DNA of 64,000 nt from Callorhinchus milii (GCF_018977255.1 NW_024704742.1:46130001-46194000), one strand, 5' to 3'. Shown: positions 39,501 through 52,815, counted from the stretch's first letter. Notes: a model not told the origin generated them from the letters alone. Translations and numbers: made by a program.

Positions 39501-40794
39501 TCTCTGGGTATTTCAAATGGACAACTGCACAGTTGCAGCAAGATTGCCATCTGTTGCCGAAATGCTTGTCAATCATTGTTGCAGCTGTTTCCAGAGTGGA
39601 ATCATTCATTTCCTGGAGGAATCATTGTTTCCTACCTCCAGACCTCTCAATTAATAACGTGGCTTTCAGAGCACCAGCTCAATTGGAATACACATTTATC
39701 ATAGCAGATAACATTGAAATTAATTGTAAAACTCTTATCTATGTGATTTGAACTGCAGCGAGCCACAAAATGTAAATGCATTGTTTTGAAATCAAATTCA
39801 ACCACATTTTTATTAATCTCATCGCAGCCTCTTAGATAATGATCATTTCCTTTAAAAGCAATTTAACATCAGCCCCACAGACAAGTTTCTAAAGTAATGA
39901 CTATGTATACGTAATAACAAACGGCCTGTTCATTGCATAGCAGTTACAAAAATTGGTACAGTATTCATGCCTAGAAACTGGCTCCAGTTATTCAGAACAC
40001 TCTCAATATCAAGGCCAAACTCTCAAACCCAAATTATATTAACATGTTCTCAACATTGTGGTATTTCTTGACAGGATATCTTAATTAAGAAATCTGAAAG
40101 AGGAGTCTTTCTAGCAACCAGAAATACTATGGCCACACCATCTAAAAAAAAATCTATATACAAGAAAACAGATTGTGTTGGATTGGGGATCCCAAATCTG
40201 TGCCTTGTGCTTTCAGAGTTTTTCATTAAGAAATCCCATTTAGAAATATCACAAAGTTCAGTACCAAGCTTTAGTCATCTTTCCCCTCCCTTCCACATTA
40301 CTCTGCGCTCCCACCACCAGCTCGGGTGCCAAGCCAATATTGTTAAACACTTTGGGAGGTCTTCCCAATGTGAAAGGTGCTATATTAATGTATATTGACA
40401 TTGTACTGTAATGAGTGCTACCAAAACAAAATGTTGCCTTACTGTCCATCTGGACTGAAATGCTCTTATAGAGTTACTTTGACCGTTTCTTTGACAACAT
40501 GCATCACCACAGGTAGATTGATGAGTGTAACGTATCCTGTTAAAGCTGGGATACTAGCATCATTTAATAATAGCTATTTGCTGTAAGGCGAGGACAGTAA
40601 TGCTGGTATTCTGGAAAATTTGATCAAATAGGATGAAGGGCTTTTTTGTTCAAACTCTATTCAGGGGTTTTATTCATCAGTTTGACGAATCTCTTCTCAG
40701 TACTGGATTCCGAGGAAAAAAAATCATAATTATAAAAATCATTACCTGTGAGATCTCCGAGATGCTATTCTGTGTGAAGGGCACTATATAACAT

Positions 40795-41380
40795 GCAAGC
40801 TGCCTTCATTACATTGAGGCTCGACTATGCAAACTCACTGTTTGTTGGCCTCCCCAAATCCTCCCTCCACAGGCTGCAGATCAACCAGAACTCTGCAGCC
40901 CATGTCCTCTCCTGTACTAGGCTCCACGACCTTATCACCCCCATCCTTGCCCAACTCCACTGGCTTCCCATCACACAGAGGATACAGTTCAAGATCCTGG
41001 TCCTCAACTTCAAAGCCCTCCACAGTCTTGCTCCCCCCTACCTCTCCGACCTCCTAATCCCCTACCACCCCATTCACTCCCTCCGTTCACGTCCCCCGCC
41101 TTGCTCGCCCGGCGGGCCTTCCGCCACTCTGCCCACACCCTCTGGAACTCCATCCTACAGTCCCTCCAGCTCACCCTCTCCCTCGCCACCTTCAAGATCC
41201 ACCTCAAGATCCTCCTCTTCAACCATGCTTTCGATCTCCCTGCTTCCCCCCCCACCCTCCACCCTCCCCACACCGACCCTCAGCTTGGGTCTGTAACTCT
41301 ATCTGACCAACGCCTTGGGACGTCCTCCCGAAGTGAAAGGCGCCAGACAAATGTAATTTTGTTGTTGTTGTTGTTGTTGC
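40795..41380 (+). mobile_element. L2 3' fragment
   Basis: RLDYANSL, LHWLPITQRIQFKIL and TLWNSI, then tail stem-loop and (TTG)n. Confidence 0.92.
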
Positions 41381-42569
41381 CCTTCCTCCCTGATGTACAA
41401 GCTTTTTATGTGGAGTAGTGGGAAGCTCATTCCGCAATAACTAAGCAAAAGTCATTAATGTTATCTTAAAATGTCTTGATGTTTGTTACACCGCCTGCAG
41501 CCAAATTCACCTTACACCAGTATTCCTCTCCATTTTTACAGCCCCATGGTTATCCTGATCTCACCCAGGTAAAGGTTTATAATTTCATAGAGGTTTTACA
41601 AAACCAGTCTGCTGAATTTGAAGGAATTTATTTCTTATTAAAGGCTCGTCACAGTCTGAATCCAAGCTGCAGACTTGTGAATAATCACTTGGTAAGTGAC
41701 AGTGATCACAGTATTACCAGTGAGAAGTAATTATATTCAGTTCAGTTGAAGGTCACCTACAGACCAAAGGTTTGACTTGATTTGTCTATTATCTCATGGT
41801 GGAAGAATGATGATAGCTGGCACATTATGATTAGTGACCAATAGAAATGAATATTCAGCTATGCTCAGGTTTCAGAGGAGCGTGGACAATTCTCAAAGTG
41901 AATGCCTGCCATTTTCAAAAGTGAAATTATCTTCCGTTAACAACAGTATAGTTGATATTATTTAATAGAGTGGTTTCATTTGATTACCGTTAACTTGAAC
42001 CAAGAACAAAATTTGAGATTATAAAATAAGATTTATGAGTAATACATTTATTTTTCTTCTGCTGTTCCTATACTTCCATCTTATATACTTTAAATATACA
42101 ATTGTGAAAACCACTGAGACATAAACAAACTCTGGAATTATTGCTGTACCTGTCACATGTTGCTATTATACGTATTGAACCATTGTATATTACTTCATGC
42201 TTCCTGCAACTATAGGAATTACAAACAATAAAAACCCAACAGATACAGGGATACAATTTATGATCTTGTATTTCTGAAAATGTACCTTCATTTATTCAAC
42301 AAACACTCAAAGGAATGTAAACAGGTGATTCCCCGAGAACCATAGAAGACCATAGAAATTTACGTCACAGAAAAAGGCCATTTGGCCCATGTGTCTGTGT
42401 CTCCAGATATCTTTCTCATTGTTAACTGCATTTGTTCACTTACAATAAACATTCACTACACTTCACTTTAAATCCTGCAAAGCAATGAGGTGTTTTTGTT
42501 CATCTAGGAGTCCTGATGGCTAAATGCTGGGTTCTAATCTGCTTTGGGATGAACTCACAGTCACTTTGT

Positions 42570-42950
42570 TTCTTCCATGGTCTTGCTCCATTCTACCTCT
42601 ATCACCTTCTAAAACCCTCCTAACCCACCCACTCCAACCAATCGGCAGGCACTGACCTGCTTCACGTTCCCCGCCTTGCCCGCCCCATTATCAGCAGTCG
42701 AGTTTTTCTGTTTCCGCTCTCTGGAACTCCATCCCAGAGTTCCTTCACCTCTCCCCTTCCCTCGCCTCTTCAAGGTCTGTCTCAAGACCTTCCTCTTTTA
42801 CTGTGTTTTTGTTCATTTTCCCACACCTTTTGGCCTTCACCCATCTGAATCCAACCCCCAGCTCAGGTGAAAATCATAGATTGCATAAAGCTTTGAGATG
42901 TCTTCTCAACACGAAAGATGCTATATAAATGTAATTTGTTGCTGTTGTAG
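42570..42950 (+). mobile_element. Old L2 3' fragment
   Basis: ctctggaactccatccc, FKVCLKTFLF and tail. Confidence 0.75.
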
Positions 42951-43404
42951 CAGTATTTTTAGCTGTTACTCAAATGTTATTGCTGTGCTCAAAGCATGGA
43001 TGGGTAGAAATTTCATCTGGGTCTAGATTTCTTCTATTTACGTAGCATTTCAGAGGGGCCAGAATTTGTTAACGTTGAATTAAGCTATAATTTTGAAACC
43101 AGTTTTCTGTAGATTTTAAAGGATCTGACAGAAAAGTAGCTTCAAAATGAAAAACTATTTAAGAATTTGTCAATTTCTGTTTGCTCTGAAATGTTGCATT
43201 ATTGGAGGAAATCCAGACACAGGTGAGATTACTACCTAGAAAAAAGTTATAGTTGACACCTGATAGAGCGGAGCATTAGGTTGAATTTCATGCTGGAATG
43301 CTCTGATATTGTTCATAAATCATGTGGTTTATGATGTGAATGGAACCACAAAAGTAACTTGAACCCTTTTTAACTCATTCTGAATCATTCATAATTATGT
43401 GTAT

Positions 43405-44380
43405 AATATGTAATAATAATCCTTGCATTTGAGATATCATTGTTTCGAAATGTCTCAAAACAATATTATAAAGAGTCATGACTGTATTTGTAAGTGAATG
43501 CAGCAGCCAATTTCAACACAGCAATATCCCAAAACAGCCATGAAGTAAATGATCAATTTTATCTGGACAATTTATTGGTCAGAACACCAGGAGAAACTCC
43601 CTTCGCAACAAAGGAAGAAAGTTAAATGTTGCTATCAATTTAGAGTTCAGAAGACAATAATAATAATTGTTGCTTTTAATATAATAATCCATTAAAAATT
43701 ATTTCACTGAGTTTTTCTGGGAACTATAATCATGGTGCAAATAAATGCTGCAGATAATTTGTGCAGAACGGTGTCCCACAGACAACGGATAAAGTGAATA
43801 ATTGATCATGTTTTAAATAACAATAATACTAAAAATCCTAGTATTTGATATAGCGTATTTCATGTCAGTCAGGAGGAAATCTCAAAGTGCTTCACAGGAT
43901 TTATTATAAAGTGTAATGACTACATACCTGTAGGCAAACAGCAGCCAATTTGCATACGGCAATGTACCACAAACAGTCATGAAATGAATGCCCGATTTTA
44001 TCTGAGGGATTGCTGGCCAAGGCACCATGAGAAACTCCCTTCTGTTTCCAAGTAACGGCATGCAATCTTCAGCATCGATATTAACGAGCAGATGGGACCT
44101 CAGTTTTAATGTCTCACCTCTGAGCATTTTTCATATGGGGAAGAAATTCCAAGGCTCTACACAGGAATTACTGTAAAGTGTAGTGACTGTATTTTCTAGG
44201 CACAATTTGTACACAGCCATGTCTGTTAGACAACCGCGAAGCGAATGATCATTTTTAATTCTATATTGTTGGCCAGGACATGGGGAAAAAACTTCCTCCA
44301 CCTTTTGAATAGTGCCATGAAATTTTGAACCCCCAACTGAATAGCAGATGGGATCTTGGTTTAACATTTCATCTGAAAGA
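43405..44380 (-). mobile_element. Cluster of three to four decayed SINE 3' halves
   Basis: Core-like blocks (gcagccaattt..cacagc..cacaaacag) at about 43500, 43750, 43940 and 44205, with tails. Confidence 0.7.
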
Positions 44381-45454
44381 TGTTTTTGTGGCCAATTTTG
44401 AGCCAGAAAAGAACAGGATATTTTTCACACAGGTTCAGCCCCTGTATGATGTGTAAGATGTCAATGCCTCTGCCACTACATGCTTACCTACTGGAAACAT
44501 TAGCAGTACTGGTGATGGCAGAAAACAGATCCAGGAACAGAAAATGTCCATCGATGGGTAATTCAAGATAACTTTTTATGGTTTGCTCGCAACATAAGAA
44601 ATGCCACTTCTGACAAACCCAAAATATAAAAGTGTGATTATTCTCCTTCAAAACAACTGTGACTGACATGGGTAATAATTAGTAGTCCATAGATATATCA
44701 CACAAGCCCTGATTGAAGCAGACAGCCAATATCTCTAATAATTCTACTGGTTAGAGATGGAATACCAATTTATTGACAAATGAGCAGCAAATCCTATACC
44801 TCGCTTATATTTCACGGTTGAGCTATCAATACTCTCAATATTCAGCATCACATCTCAGTTCTGAAGTGAGCTGTCAATACCATAATTCATTGTCAACAGT
44901 ACCTGTGTGGAGTGACTGTCAATAGCGCCAATTAACACATTTCTGTGGAAATGACTGGTAATTAGTCAAGCGTAAATTTATTGCTTAAGCAATAATGCCC
45001 ATTGGAATAGAGTCTGAGGCAATAAATAACTCAGGTTGATTAGATAGTAGGTCTATTTAAAGAGAAAACAATTTATTTATCAAGGACATTCTGGACAAAT
45101 AAAATGTATCAATTTTATTCTATGTTTTGATAAGAAAACTATTCTGAATGAATACTTCAATCTCAAATCTTACAGTCATTTAATTCTGTTTAATGGTAGG
45201 TATCAGGTCATCATTAAAACAATTCATTTGACCATGACTGCCACACCAGATGTAGGCAGATTGGCAATATCACATTACCACCCACTTGACCATCTTTAAA
45301 CAGATACCCACAGAACAAACAGAGCGATGGCTGACACTTCCTTCTGTCACTCCAAATGAATTGAATGATTGTTAGGGATGGATGTCACACTTCACTATTT
45401 AAAAAAAACATATATTTTTAGCACCCAGGTAACTCTATCTTGTACATAAGCTGT

Positions 45455-45815
45455 GTGTCAGACTAGTTCAGTTAATAACACTCAGGCCTCTGAGTCAGAA
45501 GGTTATGGGTTCAAGTTCCACATCGGGACTTGGAACGCATATAGTTTAGGTTGACTCTCCAATACAGTGCTGAGGCATGCTGTGCCAGACTTTGGATTAG
45601 ATGGTAAAACTGAGATCCCGCCAGCCTGTTCAGGTGGATGTTAAAAATGCCATGATTCAAAAAGTGAAGTGAGTTTCTCCAGATGTCCTGGTCCAAAATC
45701 CCCCAAACAATAAAGATCATTTACTTTGTGGCTGCTTGTGGGACATTTCTGTGTGCAAATTGGTTGCTGACTTTGCCCAAATATTACAGTAATACCACTT
45801 TAGAGTATATTAATT
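45455..45815 (+). mobile_element. SINE family B, split by an L2 (tail resumes at about 48560)
   Basis: ctctgagtcagaaggttatgggttcaagt head and core; the remainder aaagtgctttgggac lies after the L2. Confidence 0.8.
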
Positions 45816-45819
45816 ATCC

Positions 45820-48555
45820 TTGTGCTACCTCGCCCTCCCTTCCCTCCCAGTCTCCGGCACCTAAGCCATGACCACCATCCCACCTCTCCCCCTCCCCACC
45901 CTGCGCTGTCTCCTGTAGCCCACGAGCTGATGCTGTCCCTCAGATCGCTTGTTCCCAGTCTCTGCATGCGCATTTTGGCTGCCACCCTGATCCGAGCCGC
46001 ACCCCCTGGAAATGCTCCTCCTCCTACGACCCTCTAACCACTACTCCCACTCTATCCTTCTCTCCCACCGCCCTCCCAGCCTTCTCTCTCTCCTCAACCC
46101 CACCATTACCTCCCTCTGCTCCAAACTGGGAATCCTCCGCTGGGCCCATTGTGGCTCCCTGCGTTGATTGTCCCAGAGCAGCCACTCCAACTGGCCCATC
46201 GCTCACTCTCTCCGCACCAACCTCCAATGAAAGACAAACACTCCTTCTCCCTCCCTTATCCCTCATAACCTCACCAACACTGCCTGCTCCTCAAACTCCA
46301 CAGTCATCTCTCCCCCACAGCCCATAAAGTCCTCACTATCCATGACCTCATCCTGGATGAGCACATCGATATTCTCGGGTTTACGGAAACCTGGCTCTCC
46401 CCCAGTGACTCCTTCCCCCTAGTTGAAGCCTCCCCTCCTGGCTACACCTTTAACCACACCACCCCGATCAAACTAATGTGGTGATGGGGAGGCCCTCATC
46501 TCACAAGCTTCCCTCGGTCTATTCCCTTATTCCTCTGGCTGCTTCTCCTCCTTTGAGCAACTCAACCTTTACCATCCCTTCTCTCTCACTCAAAATTCTC
46601 ATGGTTTACCACCCCCCCCCCCAAAAACCCCTGGTTCCTTCCTCTCCTCTCCTCCCTGTCCCTCTGCTCAGAATGCCTTCTCGTATTGGGTGACTTCAAC
46701 CTCCACCTAAACTGCCCTTGCACCACATCCTCAGATTTCACTTCCCTCCTCTCCTCCCTAAAACTCATCCTCCACATCAATTCGCCGACCCACAACTGTG
46801 GCCAAGTCTTTGACCTCATCATCACACATGGCCTTGACATTTCCGACCAGTGCATCATGGATCACTTCCTCATCTCAATCTCCTCTCACATCCCTCTCTC
46901 CTCCATCAAGTCCTCAACCATACTTTTCCACCCATTGTATAGACTTTCTCCGAGACCCTCACAAAGGCCATCTCATTCACAGATCTCCTATCCCTCTGGC
47001 CTTCCACCTGTCAAGCTCCTCCACGATTGCCTCTTCTTCACCTTCAACTCCCTCTTCCCCCTGAAATCCAGGAATGTCTCCAAACCAACCCGCTCCCCCT
47101 GGTACAACAGCCATCTCCGCTCCCTAAAATCCCAAACCCGGCTGCTCAAGAGCAGATGGCCGAAAAACAGCCTCACAGTTCACAACCAGCTGTGGTTCGA
47201 ATATCTTCACACCTACTGCCGCTCCTAGTCGCAAGCAAAAACTGCGTACGACTCAAACATCATACTGGAGGCAAACAATAACTCCAAAATCTTTTTCTCC
47301 ACCACACACCACCTCCTCCATGCATGCTCCCAAGCACCCTCAATCATCACATCTTACGCCAAGTGCAAAGAGGACATGGACTTCCTTACCTCAAATTGAC
47401 GACTTAAATTGTCAGCTTACCTTAAATTGACAACATCCCCCTGGCAGCTTCATCCCCATTCCATCTCCCTCATCCTACCACAGCCGCACTACATTAATTT
47501 GCCCCCATTTCTCCTTCCTACCTCTCATCCACCATCAATACAATTAAACCCACCACATGCTGCCTTGATCCCCTCCCCACCCAAATGCTGATCACCCAGC
47601 TCCCCTTCCTCTGCCAACTGCAGGCACCCAACTCTACTTTTCCACCACCAGCTGCGAACCCCAGTCCCCTGATGTTCTGTCAGCTTGTCTGTCGGACATC
47701 AAGAGCTGGATGAGCGCAAATTTCCTATAGTTAAACGTCAACAAGACGGAAGCCATACTCATTGGCTCCTGCCAACATCTTCTGTCCCACGGTTCCGACC
47801 TTCTCAATCTACACAACATGTCCTTAAAACTCTTTGAACTTGTGCGCAACTTAGGCGTCAGTTTCAATCCCCAGCTATCCTTCCTTCTCCACCTCTGGTC
47901 CCTGACCAGCACCGCTTTCTTCCACCTCCTCCACATTGCCTGTCTCTGACAATACCTCACCCCAAAATCTGACAAAACCTTGTCCATGCCCTTTGTCACC
48001 TCTCAGCTGGACTACTCTAATGCCCTCCTCGCCATTCTTGCCTCCTCCACTATTCACAAAATTCAGTTCATTCAAAACACCGCCGCCTGCATTCTCACCA
48101 GCACCAAACTTTGTACCCCGATTACTCCAGTCCTTGGGAAACTCCACCGGCTCCCTGTCAGAGAGTGTATCGACTTCAAGATTCTCATTCTACTGTTTCA
48201 ATCCCTCCATTCCTTGGTATCCCCTATTTCTCTAATCCCCTCTCTCCCCACAGCATTACTCCCTCCCTCCACTCTACTGGGTCTGGCTTCCTCCGTGTCC
48301 CCCGAATCCTCTGCTCCACCATTGGCGGCCGTGCCTTTAGCCACTATACCCCGAAACTTTGGAACTCCCTCCCTCAATCCCTTCGCCTTGCCTCCTCCTT
48401 CCCCATCCTCAGGTCGTGGCTGAAGAACTTCCTCTTCGACCGCGCCTATGGTCACCTTCCCCCTCCCTCTGGCTCGGCCTTGGGCTCTGCCATTGTTAAG
48501 TGCTCTGAGACTTCGCCCAGCGTGGAGAGCGCTATATAAATCAAGTTGTTGTTGT
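45820..48555 (+). mobile_element. L2 LINE with 5' region and 3' tail but RT core deleted
   Basis: FTETW, GDFNLH, PTHNCGQVFDLII, SQLDYSNALL and GGRAFS are present, plus a (TTG)n tail. At about 47620 the sequence jumps from the pre-RT region to TQLY. Confidence 0.92.
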
Positions 48556-48621
48556 TCTATGTCCTAAAAAGTGCTTTGGGACATACTTCTCTTAAATCAT
48601 CTTCATTCCATTGTGCATCAG

Positions 48622-49075
48622 ATATAATCATCTTTGCATTTCATATAGCGCCTTATCCCATCATTGTGATGTCTCAAAGCACTTCGGAGAATAATAATAA
48701 TAATAATCCTTGCATTTGATATAGCGCTTTTCACGTCGGGAGGACGTCCCAAAGCGCTGCACAGAACACACTGTAAAATGAATTGACTGTATATTTGTGG
48801 GCGAACGCGGCAGCCAATTGCGCACAGCAATGTCCCACAAACAGTCGTAGATTGAAAATGACCAATTTATTATTGTTTTTGGTTTTGGAGGGATTATTAT
48901 TAGGCATGTGGAGTAAGGAAACTTGCCCAACGTTTCGCCCTGCCGGGAATTGAACTCAGGTCTCTCGCTTGCAAAGCGAGTGCTCTAACCACTGAGCTAC
49001 AGGATTCCACTATATATACTATAAAGCGAATTGACCGTGTATTTTGTCGGCAAAATGAGGCAGTCAATTGGGCAG
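48622..49075 (-). mobile_element. Young full-length SINE A (48692-49010) nested in an older SINE 3' half
   Basis: The inner copy has an intact tRNA-like head, core and tail. The outer tail at 48622-48691 resumes at atactataaagcgaattgacc, about 49016. Confidence 0.88.
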
Positions 49076-49849
49076 AACTGAAGACCATTTTCCATCTTTG
49101 CAATCTCTGGTGCCATGAGAGAAATGTGGCCACAGGATGTATAGTCTGCAGTAATGAATCTGAGTACTGAATCCTTAAAAGTCTCCAGATGAAATCCACC
49201 TATTCTCAGTGAAAGGCAAAATTTGTTCTTATGTTTTATTGAAAGTTCTGTCTGTAATATTACTTTCTTCAGAATTTCCCAGATACACTTTGCCATGTAT
49301 CATTTAAGCAAAGGTCTGAAAACCCTAAAACAAATGAGATACACTCAATTTTGGGAGAATTGCTAGTAGTAAATTGCTAGTAGTTATTCACTAGCCTGTG
49401 AGTGGAGGAACATTTTCAGAAGGTTTCCAATGTTTTTAAGGGGGAAAATGATCTGCTATTATCCACATAAACATTTACCACAACACAAACCTCAGAAACA
49501 GAACAAGCAATTAGAGGTCCGTTGCAATAATTGAAAAATGCTTGCTTAAATGTTGAAAGTAAAACATGTAACCTTCAAGAGTGTCTTTTTATCTGCCCAC
49601 ACAGTAATTGACAAGGCACAATTGAAGAAAAAGGTATTCAGGTATGATCTGGACGACAACGACAAATTGCATTTGTTTAGTGCCTTTCATATCAGGAGGA
49701 CATCCCAATGGGCTGAAGACAGGAAGTTTAATTCTGAAGAAAGAGCACAGATGTACTCCACCAGGACTGTACCGAAGGATCTGTCTAGACTATGAGACTA
49801 TGAACCTCTTTGAGACATCTACATGACATGAAATGTATTATATGCAATA

Positions 49850-50024
49850 CAGTAAACTCCTGATATCTGAAACCAAGGGGATAGGGCTTAATGACGAGTT
49901 ATCTGGAGTGGCTAGTTCGCCATTTGTATAAATATTTAAATAAATCATGACAGTATGTTGACAGCATGAAGACTTAAGTGGTGATGAAAAGTTAACCCAG
50001 GGTCAAGTTATCAGAAGTTTACTA
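49850..50024. mobile_element. Tigger/pogo-like (Tc1-mariner) MITE
   Basis: TA|cagtaaactcctgatatc ... gttatcagaagtttacta|TA: imperfect TIRs beginning CAGT with TA flanks, 175 bp, non-coding. Confidence 0.65.
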
Positions 50025-50554
50025 TATTATTATTGTTACTGTATTATAAATAAATTGCTATGCAGATAAGGAGCAATAAGTGAAGGTATTGGGGAGATTG
50101 ATAAATTGAGTGGTGAAGGATACATAAGAAAAGTATAGAATCCACATCCAAGACAAACTTGTCCTCAAATGTTTGCATTTTTGTTAATTCAAAATAGTAA
50201 TTTCGGAAAAGTATTCAAAGTATTGTGGGCTAGTTGGAGGTTTGGTGAATCGCTTAACACAGTTCTTCAATCAATAAAAAACACTGGTTTATAGCACAAA
50301 ACATCATTACTTAATTGGGGTAGAATGTACAATTTAGAAATCAGGAGTTAGTCATTAGGATAGGAAACAGAAATCTCAATAACCTGCAACAAATCACATC
50401 CAGCAAAAATGTAAAGGGTAAAAATGTAAAGATAAAAATAATGAGCATGCAGAGATGAAGGAATAAATGCATTATTTTCTTTTGATCTTGTTAATGCTGG
50501 AAAGCAACTCTTTGATCAGTTAGTGAGTACAAGTTTCTAGTCCTCCTGCTTAAG

Positions 50555-50655
50555 GGAGTTCTGTATGCGTTGTGTTGAGCATTCGACTCACAAGCGAGAG
50601 GACCTTGGTTCGATTTCCAGACAGGGCGAAACCCTAGGCAAAGTTTTCTTATCCA
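50555..50655 (+). mobile_element. SINE family A head only
   Basis: gagcattcgactcacaagcgagaggaccttggttcgatttccagacagggcgaaac. Confidence 0.75.
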
Positions 50656-50744
50656 ACAAACCCAAGTATCCTGCTGCTGTCATTTTCAATGTGTTCTATT
50701 AGCAAATGGCACAAGGAGAAAAAACAATTAAATCACCCAGGTAA

Positions 50745-51100
50745 ACTTCCTCTGAAACCAATTTACAGCTAATTTGCACTCTGCAATATCCCACACATAT
50801 CCATAAAATGAATAATAATTTATTTAATTTGGGTGATTGTTGGGTAGGATAACATAAGAAACTGCCTTCTCTTTTGAAGTAGTGGCATGGGCTCTTTGAT
50901 GTCCATCTGAATGGGCAGATGGGACCTTGGTTTAACGTCTCATCTGAAGGGAAGCAGCTCTGACAATGCAGCATATCCCCAAACACTTCCCTTGAGTGTC
51001 AGCCTAAACTATGTGAGTTCAAAGTTCCAACATGGGGCTTAAACCCATAAGCTTTCTGACTCAGAGGAGAAAGTGCTATCAACTGAGCCAGACTGACACC
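50745..51100 (-). mobile_element. SINE family B
   Basis: rc head gtgtcagtctggctcagttgatagcact...gagtcagaaag, with middle region and core. Confidence 0.8.
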
Positions 51101-51744
51101 TAAATCTAGCTAAGTTATTGTGAAGCAAAGGCCAAGTCAATCTGTCTGGTCTAATTTACCTCGGGAAAATACAAGTAAAACCATCTACATAATTTACTGC
51201 CTGAATGAATAACCTCAGAATGGTCATGTAACATAATTTCTTTAGACTGTAGCTGCATTTCCGAGAGTTGTTTTCTACTGAATCTAAGACTAATCTTGTA
51301 AAGCTATGATCTGCCATAAAATCACAGCATGGTATCTAACCATTGAAAGGTTAAATCTGCTCTGTCCATTAACATTATTAGGGACCACTATACCTGTTAA
51401 GTGGACTGCCTGCCAGAACAGTGTGCAGTCTTACTCATGACTTAAAAAATAATTGTTATAATTCATTAATTAAAAGAACTCCAAACAAGATGTGTTCAAA
51501 TTTATCAAACTATACTGGTGACAAAACTAACCTGTGTGTGCATGTGTGTGTGTGCTATTTGCAGTAAGTCAATAAATTAATTAGTATTGTTGATTTCAGC
51601 TTATAAAGGAAAATCACCTAAAAGTAGGACATTTTGTGTTAAATAAAGTGAGGAATTGTATCACCACAGAATGTTTTAATTAAATGCCAGCTTAGAATTT
51701 TATGAGAATTGCTGGTAAATGCACCTAACTGGTGGTATCATGAA

Positions 51745-52699
51745 TACAACAACAACAACAAGATTACATTTGCATAGCGCCTTTCACGTCGGGAGGACAA
51801 CCCAAGGCGCTGGACAGTGTACAGCATTTCAGACCAGAGCTGGGGTCAGGGAGGGAGAAAGCAGAGGAGGGGAAGGGAGGTGACCGATGGCATGGTCAAA
51901 GAGGAGGGTCTTGAGGCGGGACTTGAAGGAGCCTAAGGAGGGGACGTGGCGGAGTGATTGGGGGATGGAATTCCAGAGGTTGAGGGCAGAGTGGCTGAAG
52001 GCTCTCCCGACAATGGTGCGATGGGTGTGTTTGGGGACGTGGAGCAGGCCAGAGCCGGCTGAGCGGAGGGAGCGGGCTGGTTGATAGGTTGTTAGAGGTC
52101 GCAGAGGTAGGGTAGGGTAAGGCTGTGGAGGGCTTTGTAGATGAGGACCAGGATCTTGAACTGGATCCTCTGAAGGATAGGGAGCCAATGAAGTTGGGTG
52201 AGAGTAGGGGAGATGGGGTCACGGAGTTTGGTGCGGGAGAGGACAAGGGCTACAGGGGTGATGAAGGCATGAACAAGAGTTTCAGCGGCCTGAGGGTTGA
52301 GGTAGTTGCAGAGTCGGGCGATGTTATGGAGGTGAGGGAAGGCAGAGCGGGTCATGGCTTGGATGTGGGAAGAAAAGACAGTTGAGGGTCGAACAAGGCA
52401 GCTAGGTTCCTGGCTGGTTTGGTGAGTTGTAGTGTGCAACCATGGAGGTTGATGTTGCCAGAGCCTGAGGTGCTGAGGCGCTGGCATGAGCCAATCAGGA
52501 GGGCCTCAGTCTTGTTCACATTCAACTGTCGGAAATTTGCCCTCATCCAGGACTTGATGTCCGACAGACAGTCTGTCAGGACAGCAGTGATCCTGAAGTT
52601 GAGGGTGGAAGCAGAAAGATAGAGTTGGATGTCATCCGCATACATATGGAAGTTGACCCCGTGACTGCGGATGATGTCACCTAGGGGGAGCATGTAGAT
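51745..52699 (-). mobile_element. L2 LINE, 5'-truncated
   Basis: [25 protein letters not shown] (YADD intact) and LHWLPILQRIQFK, then tail and (CAA)n. Confidence 0.93.
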
Positions 52700-52729
52700 A
52701 TTAAAGATAGATTTCCTCTGTCAGTTTTG

Positions 52730-52815
52730 AAAAAGTCTGATGAAGGTTCAGGTCTGAAATGTTGTCATATCTTTGTCTTTCTGAGGTTGTCTGAAATACT
52801 ATACATTCCCTCGCA
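52730..52815 (+). mobile_element. Penelope-like pLTR remnant
   Basis: agtCTGATGAaggttcaggtctGAAATgttg, followed by a tail resembling 55905-55965. Confidence 0.55.

Noticed and set aside
44488..44609. Possible minus-strand 122-nt exon (tcag...AG|gtaagc)
   Set aside because: The peptide is unrecognisable, the strand is opposite to the other candidates, and such site pairs arise by chance.
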